Positions 12,997 to 26,655 of a stretch of 64,000 nucleotides of DNA are shown one piece after another. Position 1 is the stretch's first letter. Every line of letters begins with the position of its first letter. The position numbers and the translations under genes are program-made. Source of the DNA: Octopus vulgaris (taxonomy: Eukaryota). The DNA lies in assembly GCA_951406725.2 (NCBI GenBank), contig OX597817.1, forward strand, positions 29,760,001-29,824,000, written 5' to 3'. The notes beneath the pieces are model-generated. The model was not told where the DNA came from and searched no databases. It was given only the letters and a program-made list of their open reading frames with translations.

Positions 12997-13943
12997 GTGT
13001 GTGTATAATAGCGTGCAAACCTGCGATGCAACCTTCTCCAAAGCAGATCTTCGCTGCAGATCTCTGAGGCAACCTTGTCCTATGCATATCTTCGATGCAG
13101 CCTTGACCGATAGTATCCCTAGGAGGGGTTAGGACTAGATTGGTATTAGTTGTTGTCTTCTAGAGGCTCCCGAGCCCCCTTTCGCTAGGTTAGCTTAGTC
13201 TTAGGCTAAGGCTTAGTTGTGATCCGAACATAACCTCTTCTGACACAGAGGATCGGGAGCCCTTTTGGGCGTTTTTATTTATTTGCCGGAAGGGCTCCAA
13301 ACCCATGGGCTAAGGAGGGTTAGATGATGGGGTGGTGGTTTCGAAAGGGCTGGCATGTGCCACCTGATCATCTCTGCCGGTCAAACTCCCACCCCATGCG
13401 TTCCTGTTGTGACACTGATTCTGAAGAACTGGGTTGAGTGTGAAAACCAACTGTAATGTATAAATATAAGTTTTTTTGAATCAACTATAAACTGATTCTT
13501 TATGAGGTTTTCCATTCAATCAAGCTGAAAATCGATAAACCGATTCCTTATAGAATTTCCCACTATAATTGGCTACACCCCATTTCCAACCATAACTTTT
13601 ACCAATTTTGACGTATTTTGTTCAAACTTGATGCTGGCGTTACTTTAGGACTCGTGGAAACTTTGAATGCTTTAGGTTCTCCAAAAAAAAAAAACAAAAA
13701 AAAAAACAAACGGTGAGTGGAAAAATCGATAAACAGATACCTTATTGGATTTCCCAATCAAATTGTCTGGAAGCCATTTTCAGCCAAACGTTTACCAATT
13801 TCAACGGATTTCACTCAAATTAGACGTAGGCGTTACTTAGTTTGGTTTGAAACAAAGCACTTGATTAGCTTAATAATCCTAACTTAATCGCGGGCAACGC
13901 CGGGATATACTGCTGGTTTATACATATATAATATATATGCACA

Positions 13944-13982
<39 letters not shown>

Positions 13983-15200
13983 GATGAGTTGGGGTATATA
14001 ATATGGTGTTGACCACATGATAGCTGTCAGAAAATTAAAAAGACAGGAACTTTTCTATTTTACCACACGAATTATCCGAGGATCCACAAATATCCGTAGA
14101 GTAATTATAACACATTCGAAAGAATGGGGTTAGCAAATAGTTTTAATTCTTCATTTACAATCGTTTCATCATATTACGATGTAACTAATCTAGCGTAATG
14201 CCGTGATCAGTCCTGCGACTATTGATAAATGTTCATGTGTTATGCACGACATCTCCTTTAGCACGTTGCACATACTTCTTCAGAATTTTGTAAAAATATT
14301 ATACCGAATAATTCTGAAATCAAAATATATATATAAAAGTTGGAGTTGTCCACATGAATACATTTATGTTATAGAAACAAATGAATGCAAACGATCAAGC
14401 GGATTAAGGAGGGGTGATTATATTTTGACGAAATAATTATCTGCCCTGTTCATATTTTTGCGCGTCTAGCTGTGCCCATGAATTTACCATGCATTCATTC
14501 TATTTTATACACCTTTTCAGAGAAAAATGACTATCACAAGTGCACACGCACGTAGACATACACACACACTCCCTTCCCCATCTCTCTCCCTCCATCTCTA
14601 CCGCCTCTCTCTCTCTCTCAGACTAATAATTTTAAATGTTCATTCATGCACACATTTAAAAAATTTATCTGTCGACACACATATTCATGAATACCTCCAC
14701 CTAAATATATTCTTCTCTTCTCTTACATTTCCACACGCAAAATTAAATACGTGCGTTGCATAAGCATTTATGATTAATACATATACATGTTCTACACGCT
14801 TGGAGTAAAATATCCATGGGTTTACATATTCCCCCTCATACATATATAAGCAGGCTAAACACTACTGCTTGACGAACATATCTACCTTTAATTCCAGCAT
14901 ATCACACATGATAACATTGTCAACCCTGCAACAGTATTTGTGCATAAATGCCCTTATTACATAGTTTCACACAGACAGGAGAAAATTGATAATGTTATGC
15001 AACAGAAGTTCATTGTCCCCCTTTGATCGATTTATTGAGGAAAATCCAAATTTCATAGTCGAATGCAACCGAAAGCAAGGTTCAGGATGTATTGATTATG
15101 CAAATATGACCAAATATAGAAAGTTGAATCCATGAACTACAGAAGCCACTGTATTAATATTTTCCAGGATATTTAATAGATGTAGTTCATTCAAGTCTGA

Positions 15201-15495
15201 GTGGAGGCGAGTGGTTAGAGCAGCGGAGTCGCGGTCGAGGGATCGCGGGTTCGAATCTCAGACCGGGCGATGTGTGTGTTTATGAGCAAAACACCTAAAC
15301 TCCATGCGGCTCCGGCAGAAGGTAATGGCGAACTGACTTTTTCACCACAACTTTCTCTCACTCTTTCGTCCTGCATCTTGCAGCTCGCCTGCGACGGACC
15401 GGCGTCTTATCTAGGTGGAGAACCTACACGCCAAGGAAACCGGGAAACCGGCCCTTATGAGCCAGGGGTGGCTCGAGAAGGAACAAACAAACAAC
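15201..15495 (+). mobile_element. tRNA-derived SINE, family B
   Basis: A/B-box head (AGTGGTTAGAG..GGTTCGAATC), CCTGCGACGGACCGGCGTC motif, (AAAC)n tail; copy at 26786-27090. Confidence 0.85.
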
Positions 15496-15705
15496 TCCGA
15501 GTGTATCGCTCAGGAGAACTTGTTGCGTATAAATTTTAGATGGTAAATTCCATAGATCATAAAAATATTTCCGCAGACATACAGAACCTTGAATCAAGAT
15601 AGCTACCAGACCATTAAGAAAGAATATCATTTGTTAAAATATCATTGGTTAAAATACTGAAAACCGGCTGGAGATGATACCTTTTGCAGATTTTTCAAAA
15701 TAAAA

Positions 15706-16592
15706 TGGATCTTTTCTTTTTGAAAGCCAGATTTTTCAGATTTTTCTAGTTAACTAAATAATTTGAATCTTCATATACTGGTAGAATGTGTCAAAAGAAA
15801 ACAATAATTTCAACTAGTTTTTTTGACAAAAATGTATTTCATAAGTTTAAACGTAGTTTAAATCTGCGAAATTTAACCAATCGTATTGTCTGTTTTCATT
15901 TGAAATTATTAGCTGCATAGTGTTAATGTGACGTAGATAGCTATTTTGTGAGTGGGTAAGCAGTAAGCAAACAGCTGTGGTAGATGTGGTTATCATGGCA
16001 GTGGTGGTAGTGGTGACAGTGGATGTGTATGATGGCAGCAATTATAGTGTTGGTGTTTTTGTAGAGGTGGTGGTGGTGGCGGCAGTGGATGATGATGATA
16101 GTAGTAGTAGCATTGATTATGTTAGGATGTCTCATGGATGGTAGTGTTGGTGTGTGTGTGTGTGTATGTAATCAATGCTACTACTACTATCATCATCATT
16201 ATCATCATCATCCACTGCCACCACCACCACCTCTACAAAAACACCAACACTATAATTGCTGCCATCATACACATCCACTGTCACCACTACCACCACTGCC
16301 ATGATAACCACATCTACCACAGCTGTTTGCTTACTGCTTATCCACTCACAAAATAGCTATCTACGTCACATTAACACTATGCAGCTAATAATTTCAAATG
16401 AAAACAGACAATACGATTGGTTAAAATTCGCAGATTTAAACTACGTTTAAACTTATAAAATACATTTTTGTCAAAAAAACTAGTTGAAATTATTGTTTTT
16501 CTTTTGACACATTCTACCAGTATACGAAGTTTCAAATTATTTAGTTAACTAGAAAAATCTGAAAAATCTGGCTTTCAAAAAAAAAAGATCCA
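15706..16592. repeat. Long inverted repeat: arms 15706-16119 and 16169-16592, 49-bp spacer
   Basis: Arms are reverse complements apart from a few substitutions and microsatellite length; reciprocal near-identical ORFs appear in the six-frame track. Confidence 0.95.
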
Positions 16593-16649
16593 ATAGCTGT
16601 TTACGTCACAGTAACAGTATTTTGAGAAGCAGTAAATAATATGAGGCCG

Positions 16650-16830
16650 AAAGAAAGAATATCATTGGTTAAAATTCGAATTTTTAAACAACGTTAAACT
16701 TAGAAATTACAATTCCGTTTTCATTTTGGTTTATAATTATGTTTTCTTTTGACACATTCTACCAGTATACGAAGTTTCAAATTGTTTAGTTAACTTGGAA
16801 AATCTGGCTTTCAAAGAGAAAAGATCCAAT
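16650..16830 (+). mobile_element. MITE-like terminal sequence, third copy of the outer part of the palindrome arm
   Basis: TTTTGACACATTCTACCAGTATACGAAGTTTCAAATT...GGCTTTCAAAG..AAGATCCAATA repeats 16500-16595. Confidence 0.6.
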
Positions 16831-17785
16831 AAATGTTAGCATCTTTTGATAAGTTCCGAATGCTTGTTAATTAGCTTCTCTTTTGATAATATATCCAGAA
16901 TTTTTCCTCGATACACAAATCGCAACTTTTATCCCCACCGTCATATGGAAACACGGTGTGTAGTACAAATGAGGAAATACTATTTTATTTTATTTTCAGT
17001 TTGTTACTAAATTAGTTTTCCCAGGGAGGTATTACGCACCTTGTTTTCGTTTTTAAATGAGGCGGTATGGTGCCTTCATCTATGTTTTATGCAATCGGCG
17101 GTTACTGCCGTATAATCTGTATACATTATCTTCATTTGGTCTGAGCATTTATATATATTTCTGTGAAGTAGATATTGCCTAAAGGACACGCATTCCTATT
17201 TCTTTGAAGTGCACATTTTATTATTACTGCGAGTATTATTGTTAAAACTCAAATTATTATTGTCACTAGTTTTACACTTGGGAGAATACCAGCATACACC
17301 TGTACCATTATGAACATTCTTCAACTGATCTTTTATCGACTCCCTGTGATGTAAACTTCTATAACATTTAATTCTGCCCTCAAGTTGTGTCAATATTTAA
17401 ATATGTAAGTATCATAATCTGACCCGAAACCAATTGTTTACCTGCTTATACTTTAAAGCTGTTCATTACGTTGCGGCCATACAGGTGCCCCGCCTTGAAG
17501 AATTTTAGCCAAAGGAACCGACTCCAGTTCTTTATATACGTGTGTGTGAGTGTGTGTGCATGTGTGTATGTATGGGAATACACACACGCACACACACACA
17601 CATATATATTCATTATTACGAATTGGACAGCCATGAAACGATCGTAGTGTTTTACACATTATCTTTTATTAAACTTTTAATAATTTTGATATATATTTAA
17701 AATAATATAAATTAATTAATTTTATGCATTGGCTTAAGTTTTTCATTGTTTGATTTGCCTAATAGTGGTTTTATCTCTAAATTTG

Positions 17786-17822
<37 letters not shown>

Positions 17823-18317
17823 GAAGAAAAAAAATGGCGATAAGGAAGTTAAGAATAAACAATTATTAACTTCCTTAACTCTATTTTCTTCTTTTAAATG
17901 GATATAAAATGTATGCTTTATATATACCTATTGTTGTAAAGGAATTTCATTACCCCAAAATGCTAGGTATTGAACCAATATTTCCTTGGATGCAACCATC
18001 CCTTCACGAAGTTAACATATCTTCTATTTAAATTATATATATGTATATATATTTCGTTTTAGGATTTGGTTTGCAAGATTCTTTATATGAGTTCGTGTGT
18101 TAAAGCATATTCTGTTGTGTCTGGGGAGAGTCATTTTCTTTTTGTGCCTTATAATTTAACACACTCACCGGTAAAATTTCCACTTATTTCTCATTTTTAT
18201 TTTCATAAAATTTTCGTTGCGTCTCGCAACCTTTTCAATAGTCTTGACTCTGTCCGTCATTTACAGTATGTTATTTTTTGCTTGTTTGTGCGCATGTGTG
18301 TGGGTCTGTGTGTGCCT

Positions 18318-18440
18318 ATGTATGTATGTATGTATGTATGTATGTATGTATGTATGTATGTATGTATGAATGTATGTATGTATGTATGTATGTATGTATG
18401 TATGTATGTATGTATGTATGTATGTATGTATGCATGTATG
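18318..18440. repeat. (TATG)n microsatellite grading into degenerate GT/AT low complexity to ~18900
   Basis: Seen directly. Confidence 0.95.
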
Positions 18441-19016
18441 TAAGTATGCATGCATGTGTGAGTATGTATATATGTGTTTGTATGCATATGTATATATGTA
18501 TGTATGTGTGTGCATCTGTATGTATGTATTCTGCATATTCATGTGCTTGTATGTCTGTGTTTGCGTATTTTTCATGTATGTGTGTGTGCGTGTGTTTGTA
18601 TATGTATGCACCTCTGTCTCCCTGCGTGTGTGTGTGTGTTTTGCAACTATGTACTGTGTTTGTATGGATGTGCATCTCCATATATGTGGACATGTGTCTC
18701 CATATGTGTCCTTGTGTGAAGTAAAGTGTGTGTGTATAAGGTCATGTGTTTCAGTCTCCATTTGCCTATGTGTGCATGTCTGTTCATGTAACCTATGTAC
18801 CTACCCATCTTTATGTTCTGTTTATTTTCATATCCATATGCTTACATACATGTGCATATACACATATACACATACACCCACCCGCCCACACACACATACA
18901 TATATCTATCTACATAATAGCTCACTAACTATTGTACTCTACCTGTGTAAACTGTGGGTTTGTGGGGTATGATATCTACTATGTAAATTTCCTATTTAGT
19001 ATTGGGAAAGTTTCGT

Positions 19017-19355
19017 TTATAAGGACGTACTCCCGTATTTGTCTGAGTGTTGTATCTTTTGGGTTCTTGGATAAGATGCGGATGTCAAGTTAACCCAAGC
19101 TTCCTCCATGTTGGTCTTTGGCATGTTGGTAGAGTATGGAGAACTTTTTTTGTTGTCATGCTGTCTCAGATGTTCATTTAGTCGTTCCGCAATGCTCCTA
19201 GATGTCTCCCCTATGTATGTCATGTTCATGTCTTTAGAAGCACCTTCTATGCATCTTTCTGGAAGGGGATTTAACATATCTAAGTCATCTGTAATATGAC
19301 TCTTGATATGTTTTAGAAATGGTTTCAGGAGAATGTCCATGAAGCAACTTAATCA
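19017..19355 (-). mobile_element. Internally deleted Penelope-like fragment (RT piece fused to GIY-YIG piece)
   Basis: MDILLKPFLKHIKSHITDDLDMLNPLPE (PLE RT fingers) directly followed by TYIGETSRSIAERLNEH (GIY-YIG). Confidence 0.75.
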
Positions 19356-20338
19356 ACGTGTTTCACAGGAAGGTCCAGCTACAATGGGCCATAATTTTAG
19401 TTCTCCTGGTGCTGTTGTATGTATGCCTTTGGAGATTTTTTTCCCTTAGCAATTTCTTTCTTTCAGCTCTCAGTTTGACGAGCAATGCGAAACCGATTCT
19501 AACTTCAATTATGTTGAAAGAACAAAACGTTATTTTGTACAAAACTATATAATATATTTATTATCATTACGAAATCCATTCACAAGCTTTTGGTTGTGCT
19601 AAATGAAAGCCATTGGCCAAAGTGCCTCGAAGCGGGACTAAGTCGTGAATAGAAAGCAAACTATTGAACAACACAGTCACAAGGTCGAATATACTGGTGG
19701 GAAAAACTTTAAAAAATTAGATTAGAATATAATAATGCTTTTAACAGATAATTCTTTTCTACCTGTGCAAGTATTTATACATTATTTGCATAAGACTTGT
19801 ACACATTTATCAGTTGTTCTTTAATAAATATATAAATATATATGATATTTATGTATTTGTTTTGCAAAATTCCTAATGAAGATGGGCTAAACAGAATAGG
19901 AAGAGACATGTGGTATGAAGAGTCACGGAAGAGGTCACAGGAGGTGTGACGAAAGATTTCAGATAACGGACACTAAAATAAGAACAATGGAAAAACTCAA
20001 GTGAAGAACGAATATATAGTGCGTGTGTTTATGTGACAAAAAAAATGACTACCACGAAATATTACAATATATAATATATTTATATATTTGTATATATGCA
20101 TATGAATGTATGAAGGTATACGTACATACTCACACAAAAACACATACAAATGCACACACACACACACACACATATAAGTAATTTTTTTCTTTTCGTGGTG
20201 GGAGTTGGATTTTTGAGGCAGATATTTACAAGCAATTATTTGTAAGTTACCTACGCCAGCATCCAGCATTCCAGAAAATAATTATTTCATGTTCTGTTGA
20301 AATTTATCAATTACTATGACGTAAACAACAACAACAAC

Positions 20339-20372
<34 letters not shown>

Positions 20373-20879
20373 TACGCACACACACACACACATATATATA
20401 AAGTCAGGTCGCTCTTGAATGCTACTGGTAACATGTCACCCAATGCAACCTATTGCATGGTCGGGTCATCGGTGACTAAACTGGCAGTCCTACCAGGCTG
20501 CTTGGTGATGAGGGTGTTTTGGGGACACTCTGCGGGATGAAAAATAAGACTTGTCAAAGGGTGGAGGAACTCGTGAGCACTCGACGACCATCCAACAAAA
20601 TATCTATAAATATGTATATATCTTTTCTTTTCTTTTTTTTTTATTCTTATACGTCTACAAGAAAATATACAAGAAAGAATCGCCCATGTCAAATTTATAT
20701 GTATAGATATATGTATATTTTTATTTTTATATATACATTATTTATATTTAAATCTTTATTTATATTTTTAAATTGCATATCTTTTACTTTTATATTTATA
20801 TATATTATTTATATTTTATTCTTATTTATATTTGCAAATCACATGCCGTTCTTCTGGGGTTTTTTATGAATGAGCTACT

Positions 20880-21985
20880 CCGCGTCGGACACCGGAATGA
20901 TATTTGATCACTTTATAGAGTGCTTAAGTGTCGGTTTGGTGTCTGGAACAGGCAGGTATAAGCTCTTTAAGCTTGGCTGGTAACCTACCTAGGAGAATGA
21001 AATCTCCGAAATAAAACCTGAGGCCTTGGAAGTTCCTGGTTTTGTCAATGGCACACCGGTGAAAGACTTCTTGCGCAAATAGGTGGGGGTAGTGCAGTGC
21101 AAGCTACACCCACTGAAAATTATTCATCTGCGGAGGTACTTCCTGTACAACAAATCTTAGTAAAGTCATTGAATTAATTCATTGGCAGAAACCTAAAAGT
21201 GCTCTTGTAACTTACTCTAAAATGTCTCAGATTCAGTAAATGGCAAAAAATGCTTGGGAAGGTCAGAGTAACAGGTCTGGCTCGGCAAGTGTCCCAGTGT
21301 ATCACAGGCTGGGTCCGGTAGCCATCCTTCCACTGTGGTCAAGCAATCTTCAAGAAAAAGTAAAATAAACATCCTTTGAATTTTGGCTATTGGAATGTGT
21401 GCACGCTTCTTGATGATAATTTCAACAAGAGACCAGAAGGGCAAACTGCACTTATTGCATGTGAGCTTAAGAAATATTCCCTTGATATAGTTGTGCTCTC
21501 TGAAACTAGTCTCCCTGGTGAGGGTCAAATAAATGAACTTACTTACGAATACATTATCTTTTGGAGAGGCCTACCTGAGGGTCAGCGTAGAGAATCTGGT
21601 GTTGTATTTGCTCCCAAAAATTCATTCTTGAGAGAATGAATTCTTTAATATCCTCCATTGCAGAGCTCCCAAGTAGTACAACTGAACGAACCATGTCATG
21701 CCGTATAAAACTGACAAAAGGTAGGTTTCGTATTCAATATTTATGCACCATCAATGTCTCATTCTTATGAAAATATAGGACAGTTTTATGGTGATCTAGC
21801 ACAATTATTGAGGAAAGTACCAATTTCTGACAAGCTGGTTATATTGGGAGATTTCAACGCAGGAGTCAGAAATGACTACGTTTTATGGCCTGTTTTAGGC
21901 CGACATGGGATTGGAAAAATGCAATTAAAATGGAGTAGTTCTTTTGACGTTTTGTACAAAGAAAAGTACCATGTGTAAGCAGAAA
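20880..21985 (+). mobile_element. RTE-clade LINE 5' part: UTR and degenerate AP-endonuclease
   Basis: NFGYWNVCTLLD..RPEGQTALIACELKKYSLDIVVLSETSLPGEGQ..ESGV; IYAPS..FYGDL..DKLVILGDFNAGV..GRHGIGK, with stops and frameshifts; RTE-like GGTAACC..CTAGGAGAATGAAATCTC at ~20980. The 5' boundary is uncertain. Confidence 0.85.
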
Positions 21986-22049
21986 TAGATGCAGTATGAA
22001 ATTTTTCACATGCATGTGATATGTATGGAGTTTCAAAGTAAGGTAAACA

Positions 22050-22497
22050 TGTTCGAAGGTTGTAATGGACACAGGTTTGTGTGCCACATAGCTAGCTAGA
22101 GGCGATGGCCTCTTGGAGTTAATCAAAGGCAGCATACGTCCTATTTTCCTGGGTTGCCACGTTAGCATGGCGATAACTATTAATACCCAATACTGCTGCC
22201 ATAGTCTCCTCTAGAGAGATTTAGAAATATTAATATTTCTATTTTTGAAAACTAGTGGGTGTGTTCCACTGCTGGGTTCATCTACTCCACATTGAGAAGG
22301 GGCAATCACCCTGAAACTAGTCAGTGGATGTTGAACCTGCAAGGGGAAGCTGCTGACCTCCTCTGTTCGAGGGTTGTAATGGACACAGGTTTGTGTGTCA
22401 CATAGCTAGCTAGAAGCAATAGCCTCTTTGAGCTAATCAATGGCAGCATTCATCCTATTTTTCTGGACTGCTATGTTAGCTTGGCAATAACTATTAA
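22050..22497 (+). mobile_element. Retrozyme-like partial tandem (314-bp period) with a decayed hammerhead
   Basis: 22050-22183 is repeated at 22364-22497; hammerhead-like motif between the repeats. Confidence 0.6.
22275..22337 (+). ncRNA. Degenerate type I hammerhead motif
   Basis: GGTTCA..TCCACA-TTGAGAA-GGGG CAATCA CCCT-GAAA-CTAG-TC-AGTGGA..TGAACC; palindromic CTAG, GUC site, core mutated. Confidence 0.55.
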
Positions 22498-23299
22498 ATT
22501 ATTACAATCACACACGCCCACACAAACATATACATATATAAACTCATTAGAGAAAATTATCATTGCCTGAGTGTATCAAGAATATAAAACGACTTCAGTT
22601 GAAAGATATATTATAAATTTGGTAATAAAAAAATTATTAAACTAAAACGTTGCTTTTGAACCTTATTTATATATAAAATAGTATAAAACTCATCATTTTT
22701 GACAGCACAGGCCCAGCTAGTATTATATATTATATTACATAGAATGCTTTACTCAGCTGTAAGACGGAAATAAAATAAGACATGTATGAAAATAATGCAT
22801 GTGGAAAGCGTGTGGTCCTTTAGGAGTTGAGAAGAGAAGTAAAAGACAAACCAGGGGCTGAAGTAAATGCAGTAGTGAGGAGCTGGAAAAGTCAAACTGA
22901 CCAGGTCAGTGGCCAGGCAGAGAATTAAAGAAACAAGGTGGTCACCTGATACCAAAAAAGGAAATGAAACAAGAGAAGGTTGGAGAGGAACAAATATGAA
23001 GAAAAAGGGAGTGTGGAGTGGGAAAGGAAAAAGAATGGATTGTGAATAGTTGACAAAAATAGCCAGCAGAAGAAATGAAAGGTAAGTAAAGTGAAATAAG
23101 AGGCAGATGGAAAGATAGAAAGAAATGCTGATGGAGAAGGGAATAAAGGAGTGAAAGGGGATAGAGGAGTATTGTGCAAAACAATGAAGGAGAATGATGG
23201 AGGAACAATAAAGTGAGAAGGGTAGATAGAAAAAGCAGATGAGAAGTAAAATGAGTGGAGAAGACAGACAGATAGATAGATAGATAGATAGGTGTATAT

Positions 23300-23535
23300 A
23301 TGTATATGCATGTGTGTGTATGTGTTTGTGTGTTTGTGTTTGTCTCCCTAGCATTGCTTGACAACCGATGCTGGTGTGTTTACGTCCCCGTCACTTAGCG
23401 GTTCGGCAAAAGAGACCGATGGAATAAGTACTGGGCTTACAAAGAATAAGTCCCGGGGTCGAGTTGCTCGACTAAAGGCGGTGCTCCAGCATGGCCGCAG
23501 TCAAATGACTGAAACAAGTAAAAGAGTAAAAGAGA
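23300..23535 (+). mobile_element. SINE family A, 3' half
   Basis: Matches the 3' half of the other copies. Confidence 0.85.
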
Positions 23536-23539
23536 AAAA

Positions 23540-23572
<33 letters not shown>

Positions 23573-23589
23573 GGATGTTGTATCAAATA

Positions 23590-23803
23590 TTGATTTCAAA
23601 TTTTGGCACAAGGCCAGCAGTTTTAGGAGAGTTAATTAGATCAGTTCCTTCCCCCTGTGCTCAATTGGTGCTTCTTTTATCAACCCTGAAAGGATGAAAG
23701 GCAAAGTCAACCTTAGCAGAATTTGAACTCAGAACATGAAGGCAGATGAAATGTCACTAAGCATTTTTTCCTCGCATGCTAACGATTCTGCCAGCCCACC
23801 ACC
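23590..23803 (-). mobile_element. tRNA-derived SINE, family C (old)
   Basis: Minus strand GAGTTCAAATTC..GTTGACTTTGCCTTTCATCCTTTCAGGGTTGATAAAA, a central motif shared by many metazoan SINEs. Confidence 0.7.
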
Positions 23804-24238
23804 AGATATTCCTTGATATCTAAAGGTGTCACTGAGAGTAGGAAACAAAAAGAGGGTGTGTAAACAATAGGAAAATTTTGCACAGAAAGATGATGAAGGA
23901 ACATATGGAAAACATTAAAAAAAAAACATGCAAAGGATGCGGACACATACACATTCCACCAGCAGAAGAGACCATAACAATAAAATTGTAATTGATTATG
24001 GAAGCGATGGGGATAAAAAAATCTAACATTCTTTGAGTGTATGCATGATTTCCAAATAAAATAAACTAAGTATAAAAACAAAATCTAATTGAAACAATGT
24101 AACTGTTGTCTAAACATATCATCATCATCATCATCATCATCATTATCATTATTATGTTTATTGTTATTGTAGTAGTTATTATTATTCTTTTTATTGTTGT
24201 TGTTGTTGTTGTTATTGGTGTTATTATTATTGCTATTA

Positions 24239-24269
<31 letters not shown>

Positions 24270-24786
24270 TGGAATTTACATAAACATAGTATTTTTTTTT
24301 CTGTTGGTTTTATTTCATTTACATTAATATGATATCCATTTGATATTCAATACATTTTAGAAAATATTTCCCAGAACAGAAGTAGAATTAAAGATTACTT
24401 CTCAAATTATTTCATTTTACATCTTTCTTTCTATATGAAAGTAAATCTTGAAAGTATAATGAAGAATCTACAACACAGGTGCATTAATAAGGAAACACTA
24501 ATATCACAAGAAATTGCATTATTTTTCATTCTTATGAATATGTGTCAGCATATATATATGTATTTATATAAATGTTAAAAATATACACATAGACACACAC
24601 ACATATGTTTGTATTCAAATGCATACATAAGCATATATAGTGTATATATACGCACATACACACTCATTTATATACAGATGGATAGACAGACAGATAGATA
24701 GATAGACATATATATATATATACACACACACACACACTCATTTATATACAGATAGATAGACAGACAGATAGATAGATAGACAGATA

Positions 24787-25508
<722 letters not shown>

Positions 25509-25719
25509 GATAGATAGATAGACAGACATATCCTTAATGTTTTAATAATGTAATTACTGTCTTTGCCAGCTTCTATTGTTGTCAATATCAGTACAAATAC
25601 TGGCATTGCTTCCCTCACTATCCTCCAGGGCAACACCTTTTCCATTTTGCCTGCTGGTGCCATGAGAAATGCACTATTACCAATGCTACATCTACTGCCA
25701 ACTCGCCTTAGCAATTACT

Positions 25720-25828
25720 TTTACTACCACTCCTGCCACTACCACAACTACAACAACTGCCACCATCTCCACTATTATTACAACAATAACTACTACTACT
25801 ACTACTATTACTACTACTACTACTACTG

Positions 25829-25860
<32 letters not shown>

Positions 25861-25885
25861 ACTATTACTACTACTACTACTACTC
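25720..25885. repeat. Compound (ACT)n/(GCT)n trinucleotide microsatellite
   Basis: Seen directly. Confidence 0.9.
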
Positions 25886-26214
25886 AAACTTGCTCAGTCC
25901 ATTGGGTCACCCCTTGAAACCTTCAGTCCTCCAACACATTTTGTATTCTTTGAAAAATGGGGCCCCGAAGGAAGAGATAATAAAGAGACGAGGAATAAGG
26001 GAATACATGAAAGACAGCTGATATCACAAATCAGTAATTATTGACCAGCTATGGGCACCCAACCAGGACAATTTACCTATATCAACAAAAACAAAAACAA
26101 CAACAAAAGAAACATCCCAAGCAATATATACATCACAATAGTTTCGAGAATTTTCAGATTCAGCAGAAATTTTTTGTCAGTGAACCGGTAGCAGTTTTGC
26201 ACTTCAAAAATGTT

Positions 26215-26655
26215 GACAACAAATTCAAAAGACAACACAGCACCCTTGATTTTTGGAAATATCTTTTCATGTTCAGAATTCCTGAAGCATGGAATAAACT
26301 ACCTGCATCAGTTGTTAGCTGTCAAGACACTACATCCTTCAAAATTTCCATGCTTCCTGAAATTCACCAACAGTACACCTTATGCCTTTTTGAATTTCGT
26401 ATGTCAAACACTCGTGGACATGTTTACAAAATCAAAAAACAACACAGAACCCATGACTTTCGTAAATATTTTTTCATACTCAGAATTGTTGAAGCACAGA
26501 ATAAACATCCTGCATCAGGTGTTAGCTGTCAAGACACTATATATCCTTCAAAACTTACATGCTTCCTGAAATTCACTAACAGTACACCTGGTGCCCCTGC
26601 ACCCTGCTTTTTTTTTAGTTGTAGTGCACCTGAGCACTATAAACAAGTTTATTGT
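26215..26655 (+). mobile_element. Two tandem CR1-like LINE 3' fragments
   Basis: KRQHSTLDFWKYLF..RIPEAWNKLPASVVSC, then TRGHVYKIKKQH..DFRKYFF.LRIVEA.NK.P (CR1 ORF2 C-terminus). Confidence 0.75.

Larger units (their letters stand above)
11243..13916 (+). mobile_element. Non-autonomous Helitron-like element(s) with nested insertions
   Basis: Two related 5' ends (TC...TATAAAAG+(GT)n at 11243 and ~11940, sharing GCATGTCGCTCCAATTTTAGGAGGA..GGATAGCGGTAAAAATCGATTTT); 3' GC-rich CGGGCAACGCCGGG followed by CTGG|T (CTRR) at 13913-13917; internal diverged repeats 13525-13850. Confidence 0.65.

Noticed and set aside
13985-14230. Minus-strand GAAACGATTGTA with an adjacent hairpin
   Set aside because: No CUGANGA in register and no stem I.
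15201-15265. tRNA-like sequence
   Set aside because: SINE head without a complete cloverleaf, continuing into the SINE body.
20880-21020. Possible HDV-like ribozyme in the RTE 5' UTR
   Set aside because: Hairpins are present, but I could not fit P3/L3/P1.1 or the catalytic C by eye.
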